Source: Candidatus Saccharibacteria bacterium RIFCSPHIGHO2_12_FULL_47_17
GTDB lineage: Bacteria > Patescibacteriota > Saccharimonadia > Saccharimonadales > UBA10212
Length of the DNA: 55,339 nt
Direction: 5' to 3'
Assembly (NCBI GenBank): GCA_001790575.1
Contig: MGCV01000004.1
Span: forward strand, 1-55,339
Shown here: positions 34,105 to 42,730 of the stretch, one piece after another
Position numbering within the stretch: position 1 is the first letter of the stretch
Layout: the number at the start of each line of letters is the position of its first letter
Program-made: the position numbers and the translations under genes
The notes under the pieces: model-generated
Databases searched by the model: none
What the model was told of the DNA's origin: nothing
Seen by the model: only the letters and a program-made list of their open reading frames with translations

Positions 34105-34174
34105 AGCACTAAAGTGATGGTGCTGTGGCCTTTTAACCCGCCTGCCCTGTGGAATTAATAAATATTCCTATAGG

Positions 34175-34198
34175 GTGGAATTCGCTAGAACATTCCAC
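34175..34198. terminator. hairpin between convergent genes
   Basis: GTGGAAT-tcgctagaac-ATTCCAC. A T6 run follows at 34215-34220 on the plus strand. Confidence 0.35.
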
Positions 34199-34219
34199 TG
34201 GGCCCTCCCCACCCGTTTT

Positions 34220-34732
34220 TTATCTTCCCACGATGAATGCGGTTATGGGCTCGTACTTACGGTCGACATATCTACCATTTAAGCCCCAAGCTACGAGTCT
34301 ATGCAGTCCATCTAAATGGTAAAGGCGGTGACCAGTAAAATTGGCGAGTTTGCTGTGGTCCCTGTTCCGTTCTAACGGTTGAGTTATGAGGAAAACTGGA
34401 GATTTAGAGGTTCTTGACCGCTGGATAATGTTCCAGCAACAAGGATTCTTGGTCGCATAATCAGCTAATAAATTCAGTCTTTTTAGTGTATCCTCTACAG
34501 TCAAGCCTGTTTCTGGAACAAGTGGAAGGTTGCTAATTTTTCGATTATGGCTGCGGTGATTGGGAAGAACAATCCTTTGAACTTCGATTGAGTTTAATTC
34601 TCGACGAATCCACCTTCCATTACACTGTTCGTTCGCATCAATGAGACATTTCATGGCATATTTGTTACTGCCATGATTAATGTCGTGATCAGTGAGAAAT
34701 ACCTTTTTGACTTCGCTAAAATCCACTTTCAT
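34220..34732 (-). CDS. ParB/Srx-fold-like protein (DGxHR motif)
   Basis: 170 aa. The C-terminus reads SPVFLITQP...GHRLYHLDGLHRLVAWGLNG...PITAFIV. This matches the ParB-like nuclease/sulfiredoxin pattern PI.V....Y.L.DG.HR..A....G...I.A.V. The call rests on the motif only. Confidence 0.5.
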   Translation of the reverse strand: MKVDFSEVKKVFLTDHDINHGSNKYAMKCLIDANEQCNGRWIRRELNSIEVQRIVLPNHRSHNRKISNLPLVPETGLTVEDTLKRLNLLADYATKNPCCWNIIQRSRTSKSPVFLITQPLERNRDHSKLANFTGHRLYHLDGLHRLVAWGLNGRYVDRKYEPITAFIVGR

Positions 34733-34738
34733 ATCTTA

Positions 34739-34744
34739 ATATTA
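34739..34744 (-). promoter_or_regulatory. -10 box (TAATAT), leaderless geometry for the 170-aa gene
   Basis: Minus strand reads CGGTAATAT-taagat-ATG(34732). Confidence 0.4.
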
Positions 34745-34777
34745 CCGCAGAACTGTCCACTCGTTGTTGACTGCCTA

Positions 34778-34786
34778 TGTTATAAT
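34778..34786 (+). promoter_or_regulatory. extended -10 promoter (TGTTATAAT)
   Basis: Same 9-mer as the PBP gene promoter. It would start a transcript near 34793, running through the mini-ORF and terminator toward the GHKL gene. Confidence 0.4.
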
Positions 34787-34844
34787 AGTAATCACAATTA
34801 ACCTAGTTCTCGCGTATAGCACGTTGGGACGAAAGGAGAGCAAA

Positions 34845-34868
34845 ATGGTTTTATTTGATTCTACATAA
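34845..34868 (+). other. 7-codon mini-ORF (MVLFDST) with a strong SD
   Basis: AAAGGAGAG lies 6 nt before the ATG. The stop TAA (34866-34868) overlaps the 5' arm of the terminator stem. Confidence 0.3.
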
Positions 34869-34890
34869 CCGCATATCTGTGCGGTTTTTT
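34867..34890 (+). terminator. intrinsic terminator/attenuator in the GHKL leader
   Basis: AACCGCA-tatctg-TGCGGTT followed by TTTT, located 27 nt upstream of the GHKL ATG. Confidence 0.45.
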
Positions 34891-34916
34891 CATTAATTTA
34901 ACAAGGATATTTAAAA

Positions 34917-36353
34917 ATGCAAGATAATAAACCAAACGCTTCAAAACTAATAGATGCTTTGCGGCAGGTCGGATATGACAACTACACTGCCGTGGCCGAT
35001 TTAGTCGACAACTCGCTAGATGCATATGCTAATTTGGTTAAAGTCGATATCGGGAAGCAGCGCGACGATGATCACCTCCTAACAGTGTCTGATAACGGCC
35101 AAGGGATGGATCGAGAAACTTTAACTGAAGCTATTCGACTGGGTTCAAACATCGAGAAAAACGAAAAATCCGATTTGGGTAAATATGGCATGGGGCTAGT
35201 CACCGCCAGTATATCTATCGGTAAAAGACTGTTAGTTGTCACAAAGCAGTCTAACCAATATATGACGGCGGTTCATGACATTGAGCAAATTAAAAGTAAT
35301 GGTGATTTTGTTGCTTCGATCCGTCCATCGAATGAGTTAGAAAAAAATATGTTTGTTCAGCGAGTTGGCGGCGGTCGTTCCGGCACGGTTGTTGCGATAA
35401 GCAATATTGATCTGTTACAAAATAAAAACCTTACTGTTTTCAAAAGGGTGTTAATCAGAAACCTTGGTGAAATATACCGAGAGTTCATTAATGCCGGGAA
35501 AAAAATCTACGTGGGGAGTACTGAGGTGCAGGCATCAGATCCGTTGATGCTAAATGTAGATGGCACAACTCCTCTGATCGACGAAGAAAAGGAGTTTGGT
35601 AACGACATCGTCCGTCTAAAAATAGTTGCTTTGCCCAGAATGTCCCGAGCCGAGTCAGTAGCCGTAGGGATAAATATTCCCAACCAAGGTTTTTACTTGA
35701 TGCGAAACAATCGGCAGATATCTCGAGCTGAATCGCTTGGAGTAAGCCCTTTGAAACACAACGACTATAACCGCTTTAGGGCAGAAATATACTTCCCCGC
35801 TAGTTTAGACAAGTTAATGGGCGTGACTTTTACTAAAAACGGTGTCTCTATTAAAACATTGGACGACACGCTGAAGAATTGGATCGACCATCTGGTACAA
35901 CCGCAGCTGCTAGCTATAAAGCACCAAAGTGCCAGAGATATTACCAAGGAGACAGAAAATACTGTTGACCATGAAAGCTCTGAAAGAGCTTTCAGGCTTA
36001 AATCAAAATTGCTACCAGACACGATTCCCGAAGGAGTGCAACCAGATAAGGCCTGGAGGCAGGAACGTGAAGCCGAAGGCACATGGAAGAAAAAAAGTAT
36101 GGGTAGGCTGGGTGCGATGTTCGAGTTTGAGAATGTAGGTAGAAAGATTACTGTGACCTATAACACTGATCATCCTTTCTACCAAGTAGTTTTTTCAGAA
36201 GTATCTGAGAACAAAGAGCTGACAAATGCAATTGATTTCTTAAGTTACTCGATCGCGGCGGGTCTCTCTCGTATTGCTTCGCCAAAAAATGAGAAATTAG
36301 TGGATACATTCCTAGACACATTTTCCGATAGTCTACGAACGCTATTGAGTTAG
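34917..36353 (+). CDS. GHKL-superfamily ATPase, MORC-like (HATPase_c_3 type)
   Basis: 478 aa. N box AVADLVDNSLDA, G1 VSDNGQGMD, G2 GKYGMGL, then the S5-like segment NQGFYLMRNNRQI and a helical C-terminus. SD AAGGA lies 9 nt upstream. Confidence 0.85.
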   Translation: MQDNKPNASKLIDALRQVGYDNYTAVADLVDNSLDAYANLVKVDIGKQRDDDHLLTVSDNGQGMDRETLTEAIRLGSNIEKNEKSDLGKYGMGLVTASISIGKRLLVVTKQSNQYMTAVHDIEQIKSNGDFVASIRPSNELEKNMFVQRVGGGRSGTVVAISNIDLLQNKNLTVFKRVLIRNLGEIYREFINAGKKIYVGSTEVQASDPLMLNVDGTTPLIDEEKEFGNDIVRLKIVALPRMSRAESVAVGINIPNQGFYLMRNNRQISRAESLGVSPLKHNDYNRFRAEIYFPASLDKLMGVTFTKNGVSIKTLDDTLKNWIDHLVQPQLLAIKHQSARDITKETENTVDHESSERAFRLKSKLLPDTIPEGVQPDKAWRQEREAEGTWKKKSMGRLGAMFEFENVGRKITVTYNTDHPFYQVVFSEVSENKELTNAIDFLSYSIAAGLSRIASPKNEKLVDTFLDTFSDSLRTLLS

Positions 36354-36409
36354 ACAGTGGGTCCGGGCATCGGCTGAGGCCTGATTTGATGTTGCCAAAA
36401 CTGAGCGGT

Positions 36410-37126
36410 CTAGAACTGATGCGGAGCAATTAGTGGTTCTAGCGGAGTAGTTGGAGGTTTACGATAAAGCTCAACGTATATCCGGTGGTGAAGCTGCATT
36501 TTTATTAGCTCGTCATCCATTTCCATTGCATACATACCGTAATGTATGCCGTCGGAGGCCGGATAGTAACCAATTTCGCTTACTTCTCCCCGCTGGGGGA
36601 CTAACCTGAGCGACATTGTGATGGAGAAATCAGCAGGTTGAGTCGATGGTCTAGTTTCTTCGTCAGTTTCATCAACGTCTTCATCAACTTCTATACCGAA
36701 CAGTTCGGCAAAGCTTTTTAATCCTTTTCCACTCGCATCGTCTACGACCGTAGGGCTTCGGGCTAAATCCTTAGGCGTTTTAAATATCCTAAACTCAGCG
36801 TCGAATAAAACTGGGGGCAGCTCGGGATTACCGGCTATTCTCAGCGGCAATATGTGTAAGGCTATAGATCTAAGCCAATCTTTTTTATCTGTAATGCTAA
36901 GCTCCTCTACCAGTGAACGTTGTAACATTCTTAAACGGTTGGGTCTAGGGTGTGCAGTTTGATCGGCAGCAAGGTCCTCCGACTTTATTAATATTTCAGT
37001 ACCATCATTGTCTCTATAACGAATACCTTCAACGTGCTCCAGCCATAAAGTTGAGCCCACGGCTTCAAAGCCACCATATCTCTCTATAGCCCTTATAGAT
37101 GGAGTTAAATCTTCACCAGAGGTCAT
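36410..37126 (-). CDS. hypothetical two-domain protein with an acidic linker
   Basis: 238 aa from the ATG at 37126 (the track's TTG start is at 37141). The linker reads EVDEDVDETDEETR. No family recognised. Confidence 0.5.
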   Translation of the reverse strand: MTSGEDLTPSIRAIERYGGFEAVGSTLWLEHVEGIRYRDNDGTEILIKSEDLAADQTAHPRPNRLRMLQRSLVEELSITDKKDWLRSIALHILPLRIAGNPELPPVLFDAEFRIFKTPKDLARSPTVVDDASGKGLKSFAELFGIEVDEDVDETDEETRPSTQPADFSITMSLRLVPQRGEVSEIGYYPASDGIHYGMYAMEMDDELIKMQLHHRIYVELYRKPPTTPLEPLIAPHQF

Positions 37127-37132
37127 GAGGAT

Positions 37133-37138
37133 ATTGTA
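37133..37138 (-). promoter_or_regulatory. -10 box (TACAAT), leaderless geometry
   Basis: Minus strand reads TTGTACAAT-atcctc-ATG(37126). Confidence 0.4.
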
Positions 37139-37220
37139 CAATATATTAAGCTAAATGGCAATAAGGATCCCCAGTTGGGCTTCTGACGAACCCCGAGGAG
37201 ACGCGTCAAAAGTAAACAAT

Positions 37221-39710
37221 CTACTCGTTTGTGGATGCGTAAGTTAGTTCTTTTTCTTTAGCAGTTTGTTTGGCATTAACGGTGACAATATCACCCTTTT
37301 GGTAGCTTTCGTCCAACATGCCGGCGGCAATCGAATCTTCCAGTGTCTCCTGCAACAGCCGGCGCATTGGCCGGGCGCCATTTTTAGCATCATAACCATT
37401 CTCTAGCAGGTATTCCTTAGCCGTTTTGCTGACCTGCAGGCCAAGGCCTTTTTTAACCAGACGGGCCCGTAGATCATCAAGCTGGAGATCCAAAATTTGG
37501 AGGGCATCTTTTTTGGTCAGAGCCCGGAAGACCACAATTTTATCAATCCGGTTAAGCAGCTCCGGTCGCATAATTTTTTTAAGTTCATCGAGCACTTTGT
37601 TCTTATTAGATTTGTGCAGTTCATCCAAGTCATTAGGGTCAAACACATGGCTAGAACTAAAGCCAAAGCTGCCTTCTTTTTGCAGTTTCTCGGCACCGAT
37701 GTTGGAAGTCATAATCACAATGGAGTTGGTAAAATCAATCTTTCGGCCTTTGGCATCGGATAAAACGCCGTCTTCCAAGATTTGCAGCAGCATGTTAAAG
37801 ACATCGGGGTGGGCCTTCTCGATTTCGTCGAATAAAACTACCGAGTATGGCTGGCGGCGAATCTTATCGGTTAGTTGTCCGCCATCATCATAGCCAACAT
37901 AACCGGCCGGGGCGCCAACTAAGCGAGCGGTGGTGTGGTGTTCGCCAAACTCGGACATGTCGATTTTAACCAATGCTTCATTGGAGCCGAAAAATTCGCG
38001 GGCTAAAACTCGAGCTAGTTCAGTTTTGCCAACACCGGTAGGGCCTAGGAAGACAAATGATCCGATGGGCCGTCTCTCACTGGAAATGCCGGAGCGGCTG
38101 CGCCGTACTGCACTGGCGACTGTTTTGACGGCTTCAGTTTGGCCAATAATATAGCGCCCCAGATTTTTTTCAAGATTAACTAAATATTTGGCCTCGGAGC
38201 GAATAACCTTGGCGACCGGTATGCCGGTAATCCTAGCCACGGTTTGGGCGACGTCATCGCTGGTGATGGGAATCGGCTTGCCGGTTTTGTGGGTCGCTTC
38301 TAACTGTTTCATCTGTTCATTAATCTGGCTGGCCAGTTGCTTCTCGCGCGCGGCCTTTTCGTAATCTTCGGCATCGACAGCATCATCAATCCGGCCGTTA
38401 ACCAGTTTCAGCTCTTTTTGGAGCGAGCGCATCTCCGGCGGGGTTTTACCCTTATTGACCCGTAGGTAGGCGGCTGTTTCGTCTAAAAGATCGATGGCTT
38501 TGTCGGGCATAAACCGCTCAGTCATATAACGACGGGCAAACCCAACTGTGTCAGATAGAACCTCATCATTGAATTTAACGCCATGGAATTCTTCATAGTA
38601 CGAGCTTAAACCTTTCAAAATTGCCAGTGTCTCGGCTGGGGTAGCTTCTGGAACCTGGATTGGTTGGAAGCGGCGCTCTAAAGCGGCATCCTTTTCGACA
38701 TAACGGGTATAGTCATCGGTGGTGGTAGCACCAATCATATGGATTTTACCGCGGGCCAGTGATGGTTTAAGAATGTTGCCGGCGTCCATCGAACCTTCGG
38801 CCGCGCCGGCACCAACAATTAAATGCAGCTCGTCAATAAAGATAATGATGTTCTTGTCATTCTCCAGCTCGATAATGACCTTCTTTAGGCGGTCTTCAAA
38901 CTCACCACGGTATTTGGTACCAGCAATCATGCCAGCCAGATCCAGCATAATAATCCGTTTATCAAGCAGACTATCGGGTACCTCTTCTTTGACAATTCGC
39001 TGAGCAATGCCCTCAACTATGGCGGTTTTGCCAACCCCCGGCTCACCGATTAGAACTGGGTTGTTTTTAGTCCGGCGGTTCAGGATAGTAATGACCCGTT
39101 TAATCTGGGCTTCACGGCCAACCACCGGATCCAATTTATCGTCGCGGGCTAGTTGCGTCATATCGGTGCCAAAAAATTCTAAAGCTGTCTTTTTGCCACG
39201 CTTACCGCGCCGGCCATTAGTTGTGCTGCCGCGGCCTTCTTCGTATTGTTGACGGTTAAGAAATTGTTCGACTTCACCGCTGAGACGGTCAAGATCAACA
39301 CCCATGTCGCGTAGCAATGTGGTGGCCCGGGCATTTTTTTGGCTTAAGATGCTATATAAAATGTGCTCCGTGCCGCAAAAATCCTGATTAAACTCCTGGG
39401 CAATCTCCCAGGCCATTTTGAGTGTCAATTTGGCGGTTTCAGAAAGACCCTTGCCGCCCATGCTAATAACTAAAGTCTTGGGCGTCAGATTAAGCGCTAG
39501 CCGGGCCCGATCAAGCGTAATGCCTGATTCTTCCAAAATTTTGGAAGCCATGGAGCCATTTTGGGCCAGCAGCCCTAGCAGCAAGTGTTCGGTGCCAATG
39601 TAGGCACTGCCGGATGCTCTGGCAATGGCGTCAGCGTGCCGCAGGCTCTGCAGTGAGTTGTTGGTTAAATGACTTAAAAATTCTTGGAAATCTGGTGAGT
39701 TTGGAATCAT
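37221..39710 (-). CDS. clpC: ATP-dependent Clp protease ATP-binding subunit ClpC
   Basis: 829 aa with N-terminal Clp repeats, two AAA+ modules (GEPGVGKT and GPTGVGKT) and a UVR-like linker. Confidence 0.95.
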   Translation of the reverse strand: MIPNSPDFQEFLSHLTNNSLQSLRHADAIARASGSAYIGTEHLLLGLLAQNGSMASKILEESGITLDRARLALNLTPKTLVISMGGKGLSETAKLTLKMAWEIAQEFNQDFCGTEHILYSILSQKNARATTLLRDMGVDLDRLSGEVEQFLNRQQYEEGRGSTTNGRRGKRGKKTALEFFGTDMTQLARDDKLDPVVGREAQIKRVITILNRRTKNNPVLIGEPGVGKTAIVEGIAQRIVKEEVPDSLLDKRIIMLDLAGMIAGTKYRGEFEDRLKKVIIELENDKNIIIFIDELHLIVGAGAAEGSMDAGNILKPSLARGKIHMIGATTTDDYTRYVEKDAALERRFQPIQVPEATPAETLAILKGLSSYYEEFHGVKFNDEVLSDTVGFARRYMTERFMPDKAIDLLDETAAYLRVNKGKTPPEMRSLQKELKLVNGRIDDAVDAEDYEKAAREKQLASQINEQMKQLEATHKTGKPIPITSDDVAQTVARITGIPVAKVIRSEAKYLVNLEKNLGRYIIGQTEAVKTVASAVRRSRSGISSERRPIGSFVFLGPTGVGKTELARVLAREFFGSNEALVKIDMSEFGEHHTTARLVGAPAGYVGYDDGGQLTDKIRRQPYSVVLFDEIEKAHPDVFNMLLQILEDGVLSDAKGRKIDFTNSIVIMTSNIGAEKLQKEGSFGFSSSHVFDPNDLDELHKSNKNKVLDELKKIMRPELLNRIDKIVVFRALTKKDALQILDLQLDDLRARLVKKGLGLQVSKTAKEYLLENGYDAKNGARPMRRLLQETLEDSIAAGMLDESYQKGDIVTVNAKQTAKEKELTYASTNE

Positions 39711-39807
39711 AAATTAGCTTAAAGTCCCTAGCTTAAAGCTCAAAGCTTTAAATATCTTTAGTTTACTTTACTTCCAGCTTTCGGCTTTTAGCCTTCAGCT
39801 TGTTTTC

Positions 39808-39816
39808 ATTATATCA
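39808..39816 (-). promoter_or_regulatory. extended -10 promoter (TGATATAAT) of clpC
   Basis: Minus strand reads GGTTGACGAGTGCCAGTTTGTGATATAAT. The -35-like TTGAC lies inside the CIRCE-like element. The 5' UTR is about 95 nt. Confidence 0.5.
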
Positions 39817-39820
39817 CAAA

Positions 39821-39847
39821 CTGGCACTCGTCAACCCAGAGTGCCAA
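39821..39847 (-). promoter_or_regulatory. CIRCE-like inverted repeat upstream of clpC
   Basis: CTGGCACTC-gtcaaccca-GAGTGCCAA against TTAGCACTC-N9-GAGTGCTAA: arms 7/9 and 8/9, with 8 bp pairing perfectly. It shares GCACTCGTCAA and GAGTGCCA with the clpP copy. Confidence 0.6.
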
Positions 39848-39942
39848 TTTAGCTTTGATTGGTAGTCTCCCATAAAAGAATTTGTTCTGAGGCCCGGCGA
39901 GCAGTATCATAATAGGTATTAACTAGAGGAGGTTGAACTAAA

Positions 39943-40434
39943 ATGTTAAATCAGCTGGAGGCCAGCCTTGAAGGATTATTCAAAGGCGCGCCCAAACTAC
40001 CCGAGAAAGCCAAAGACGCTATTGTTCAGTGGCTACCATGGATAAATCTGATACTGGGTGTGCTTAGCCTATGGGCGGCTTACTCACTTTGGCGCTGGGC
40101 GGATGTCGCCAACAATTTGGTAAATTACGCTAATGAGCTGTCTCGAGCTTTGGGCGGCACCGGAGTATCTGTAGATCGTTTTACGGTTGGCGTCTGGATA
40201 GCCATTGCCGTATTGGTAGTAGAAGCCATCTTGTATCTTGGAGCATTTTCCGGAACCCGCGATCGCAAAAAGTCAGGTTGGAATCTGTTGTTCTATGCCT
40301 TATTGGTTAATATAGTCTACGGCGTGGTTGTTTTGTTTACTGACTACGGCGGGATTGGCAACTTTTTGGGCTACGTAATAGGCTCAGTCATTGGACTATA
40401 CTTCTTGTTCCAGCTAAAACCCAAATATAACTAA
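39943..40434 (+). CDS. integral membrane protein (4 predicted TM helices)
   Basis: 163-aa ORF with a GGAGG SD 7 nt upstream and hydrophobic helices. Confidence 0.6.
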   Translation: MLNQLEASLEGLFKGAPKLPEKAKDAIVQWLPWINLILGVLSLWAAYSLWRWADVANNLVNYANELSRALGGTGVSVDRFTVGVWIAIAVLVVEAILYLGAFSGTRDRKKSGWNLLFYALLVNIVYGVVVLFTDYGGIGNFLGYVIGSVIGLYFLFQLKPKYN

Positions 40435-40450
40435 AATAAAAACTAGCTAA

Positions 40451-40480
40451 AAAAAGGCGGCCGAATTGGCCGCCTTTTTT
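40451..40480. terminator. bidirectional rho-independent terminator
   Basis: AAAAA-GGCGGCC-gaatt-GGCCGCC-TTTTTT, lying between convergent gene ends. Confidence 0.75.
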
Positions 40481-40481
40481 A

Positions 40482-41798
40482 TTATTTGTCTTCCCCGGTT
40501 TTTTGTTCGCTATCCGTCATTTTATCTTCCTCTTTTTCGTTCGGTGTTTCTTTTTTCTCCTCCGTAGTTTCTTCTTTTTTCTGTTTTCTGTCCTTGGTAT
40601 TCTGTCTTCCAGTTTCTTCCCCGTGTTCCTCAATGGCCTTAAGCAGCGAATCTTCCAGCTCAGTTTTTTTCTTGATTTTCTGCTTGACGGTTTTGGATTC
40701 GACTTTTTCTGGCTCGGCCTCTTTGGCAGGTGTTTTCTCCGCTTTCTTTTCCTCGGCTGTCTTTTCGGCCTCAATATCAAGCTCAAAACCGGTCAGTTTA
40801 CCAGCCAGTCGAACGTTTTGGCCGTTTTTACCAATGGCAATGCTAAGTTGATCTTCCGGCACAATCACGGTCGCCTTCTTATTTTTTTCATCAAGATTAA
40901 CCGATGTGACATTGGCCGGCTTCATGGCATTAGCAATGTAGGCTAACAAGTCTTCGTCCCAAACAATAATGTCAATCATTTCGAACGAACCAATCTCGTC
41001 ACGCACCGAGTTGATACGCGTGCCATGGCCGCCAACAAATGTACCAACTGGATCAACACCCGGAACATTGCTAGCCACGGCTATTTTGGAGCGCACGCCG
41101 GCTTCACGAGCAATATCTTTAATTTCGACTGCATTGTTGGCCATTTCCGGTACTTCATTCAAAAAAAGTTGAGCAATAAATTCTTTAGAGCCACGGCTAA
41201 CTATAAGCTGCGGGCCACGATTACCTTTTTCAACTTCCTTTAGGTAGAACTTGAGTCGCTGGCCCGGGTAATAACGTTCAGCGTGAATTTGCTCGCTGAT
41301 TGGCATGATGCCTTGGGCTCGACCGAGCTCGACTCGAACCAACCGGCCCTCGACGCGGCTGACTGTACCGGGCACAATCGTGCTGACTTTATCTTCAAAT
41401 TCAGTCATCACTATCTCGCGCTCCGCCTCCCTCAGACGCTGCAGGATAACCTGTTTGGCAGTCTGAGCTGCCACCCGTCCAAAATCTTCAACTTTTTGGG
41501 TTTGTTCAATTGAATCGCCGGTTTTGGCATTTTTTTTCATAACTTGAGCTTTAGCCAAACTTATTTGGGTGCGCTCATCTTCAACTTCGTCAACGATTTC
41601 TTTGGTAACATAGGCCTTAACCTCACCAGTATTGAGGTTCATTGTGACTCGTACTTCCTGTTCGCGATCACCATAATCCCGACGCCAAGCTGCCGCCAGA
41701 GCCTGCTGAACAATATCGGTAACCTGATCTTCGGGCAGATTTTTTTCTTCGGAAATAACTCTGATTGCTTGGGCTAGTTGTTTAAAATCCATTTCCAT
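40482..41798 (-). CDS. nusA: transcription termination/antitermination factor NusA with a Lys/Glu-rich tail
   Basis: 438 aa with an N-terminal domain, S1 and two KH domains (IGKNGQNVRLA), followed by a K/E/T-rich tail of about 90 aa. Confidence 0.92.
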   Translation of the reverse strand: MEMDFKQLAQAIRVISEEKNLPEDQVTDIVQQALAAAWRRDYGDREQEVRVTMNLNTGEVKAYVTKEIVDEVEDERTQISLAKAQVMKKNAKTGDSIEQTQKVEDFGRVAAQTAKQVILQRLREAEREIVMTEFEDKVSTIVPGTVSRVEGRLVRVELGRAQGIMPISEQIHAERYYPGQRLKFYLKEVEKGNRGPQLIVSRGSKEFIAQLFLNEVPEMANNAVEIKDIAREAGVRSKIAVASNVPGVDPVGTFVGGHGTRINSVRDEIGSFEMIDIIVWDEDLLAYIANAMKPANVTSVNLDEKNKKATVIVPEDQLSIAIGKNGQNVRLAGKLTGFELDIEAEKTAEEKKAEKTPAKEAEPEKVESKTVKQKIKKKTELEDSLLKAIEEHGEETGRQNTKDRKQKKEETTEEKKETPNEKEEDKMTDSEQKTGEDK

Positions 41799-41810
41799 GA
41801 CGTTTCACTC

Positions 41811-41870
41811 CAATTTACAATTCACAATTTACAATTTTCAATGAATGATCAATTATCAATTTATCAATCC
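41811..41870. repeat. AATTG-word repeat tract in the nusA leader
   Basis: Plus strand: CAATTTACAATTCACAATTTACAATTTTCAATGAATGATCAATTATCAATTTATCAATCC. Confidence 0.55.
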
Positions 41871-41879
41871 ACGAAACTG

Positions 41880-41902
41880 AAAAATCCGACCTGCCGGCCG
41901 GA
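41880..41902 (-). terminator. leader terminator/attenuator upstream of nusA
   Basis: Minus strand reads TCCGGCC-ggca-GGTCGGA followed by TTTTT. It lies about 15 nt downstream of a TGGTAATAT promoter and about 80 nt upstream of the nusA ATG. Confidence 0.4.
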
Positions 41903-41915
41903 CTTAACTAAACTA

Positions 41916-41924
41916 ATATTACCA
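41916..41924 (-). promoter_or_regulatory. extended -10 promoter (TGGTAATAT) for nusA
   Basis: Read on the minus strand at 41924-41916. Confidence 0.35.
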
Positions 41925-41992
41925 CAGCTGCGTTTTAAAACAAACTTAAATTATTGATCCACATAATAATGTTTTATAATTTATCTTCTAAT

Positions 41993-42730
41993 ATGGCAAA
42001 TAAGTTCGAGAGACTACCTTACAAGGATGCTTCTCACCAGATATTGTATGGTTTGGCTCATTTTATGGTAGGCCAATATTTGGTCATCGAATATGACACA
42101 GCGGTTGCCGGAAGTAGGTTTCTAAAGGACAACGGACCGCGAGTAGACGCGATTACTCATACAAGAGCCATCGAGCCAGCTGTTGCCGCCATTGCAGAAG
42201 AAGAGAGGGCTTTACCGACTATGGCCAAAATCGAGTTATTTGAAGATCCGCGCTATAAAAAACTGGGTATCCAGCTTGGCGATATAATCGAGCTGGTAGA
42301 TGCCTTTCCGGTCCGTCGAGAGAGCCCGGGACATAGTAGCTTGCGCATTCCGCAAAGACATCTTCGGGAGGGTAAGGCAGTCGGCATGTTCGCCCAGGGC
42401 ACGCGTAACTACAACTTTAATTCTCTTTATAAGGGTGCTGCGTTGCTGTCGTATCTCGAGAATGTACCATTACAGCCAATAGTAATCGCCTCTCAACCTA
42501 TATGTCATTCAGGATTCCAAAGACAGGAAATAATCCGGGTCATTGCCTCTCGACCGCTTCGTCATAACCCCGATCTTAGAAAGAGAGAGGCGATTGATAG
42601 GTTGACTGATGATTTAAGTTTGGTATTCGAACGTGATTTTCGTCGAGCTCGACATTGGGCTAACTTTGATGCGCAACATAATAAAATGTGCCGTTTAAAG
42701 ATGCCTGGTAGAATCAGAAGATATGCCTAA
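41993..42730 (+). CDS. lysophospholipid acyltransferase (PlsC/LPLAT)-like protein
   Basis: 245 aa from the ATG at 41993 (the track's TTG start is at 41954). A weak HxxxxE/D block (THTRAIEP) and a FAQGTR block correspond to the FPEGTR motif. Confidence 0.5.
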   Translation: MANKFERLPYKDASHQILYGLAHFMVGQYLVIEYDTAVAGSRFLKDNGPRVDAITHTRAIEPAVAAIAEEERALPTMAKIELFEDPRYKKLGIQLGDIIELVDAFPVRRESPGHSSLRIPQRHLREGKAVGMFAQGTRNYNFNSLYKGAALLSYLENVPLQPIVIASQPICHSGFQRQEIIRVIASRPLRHNPDLRKREAIDRLTDDLSLVFERDFRRARHWANFDAQHNKMCRLKMPGRIRRYA

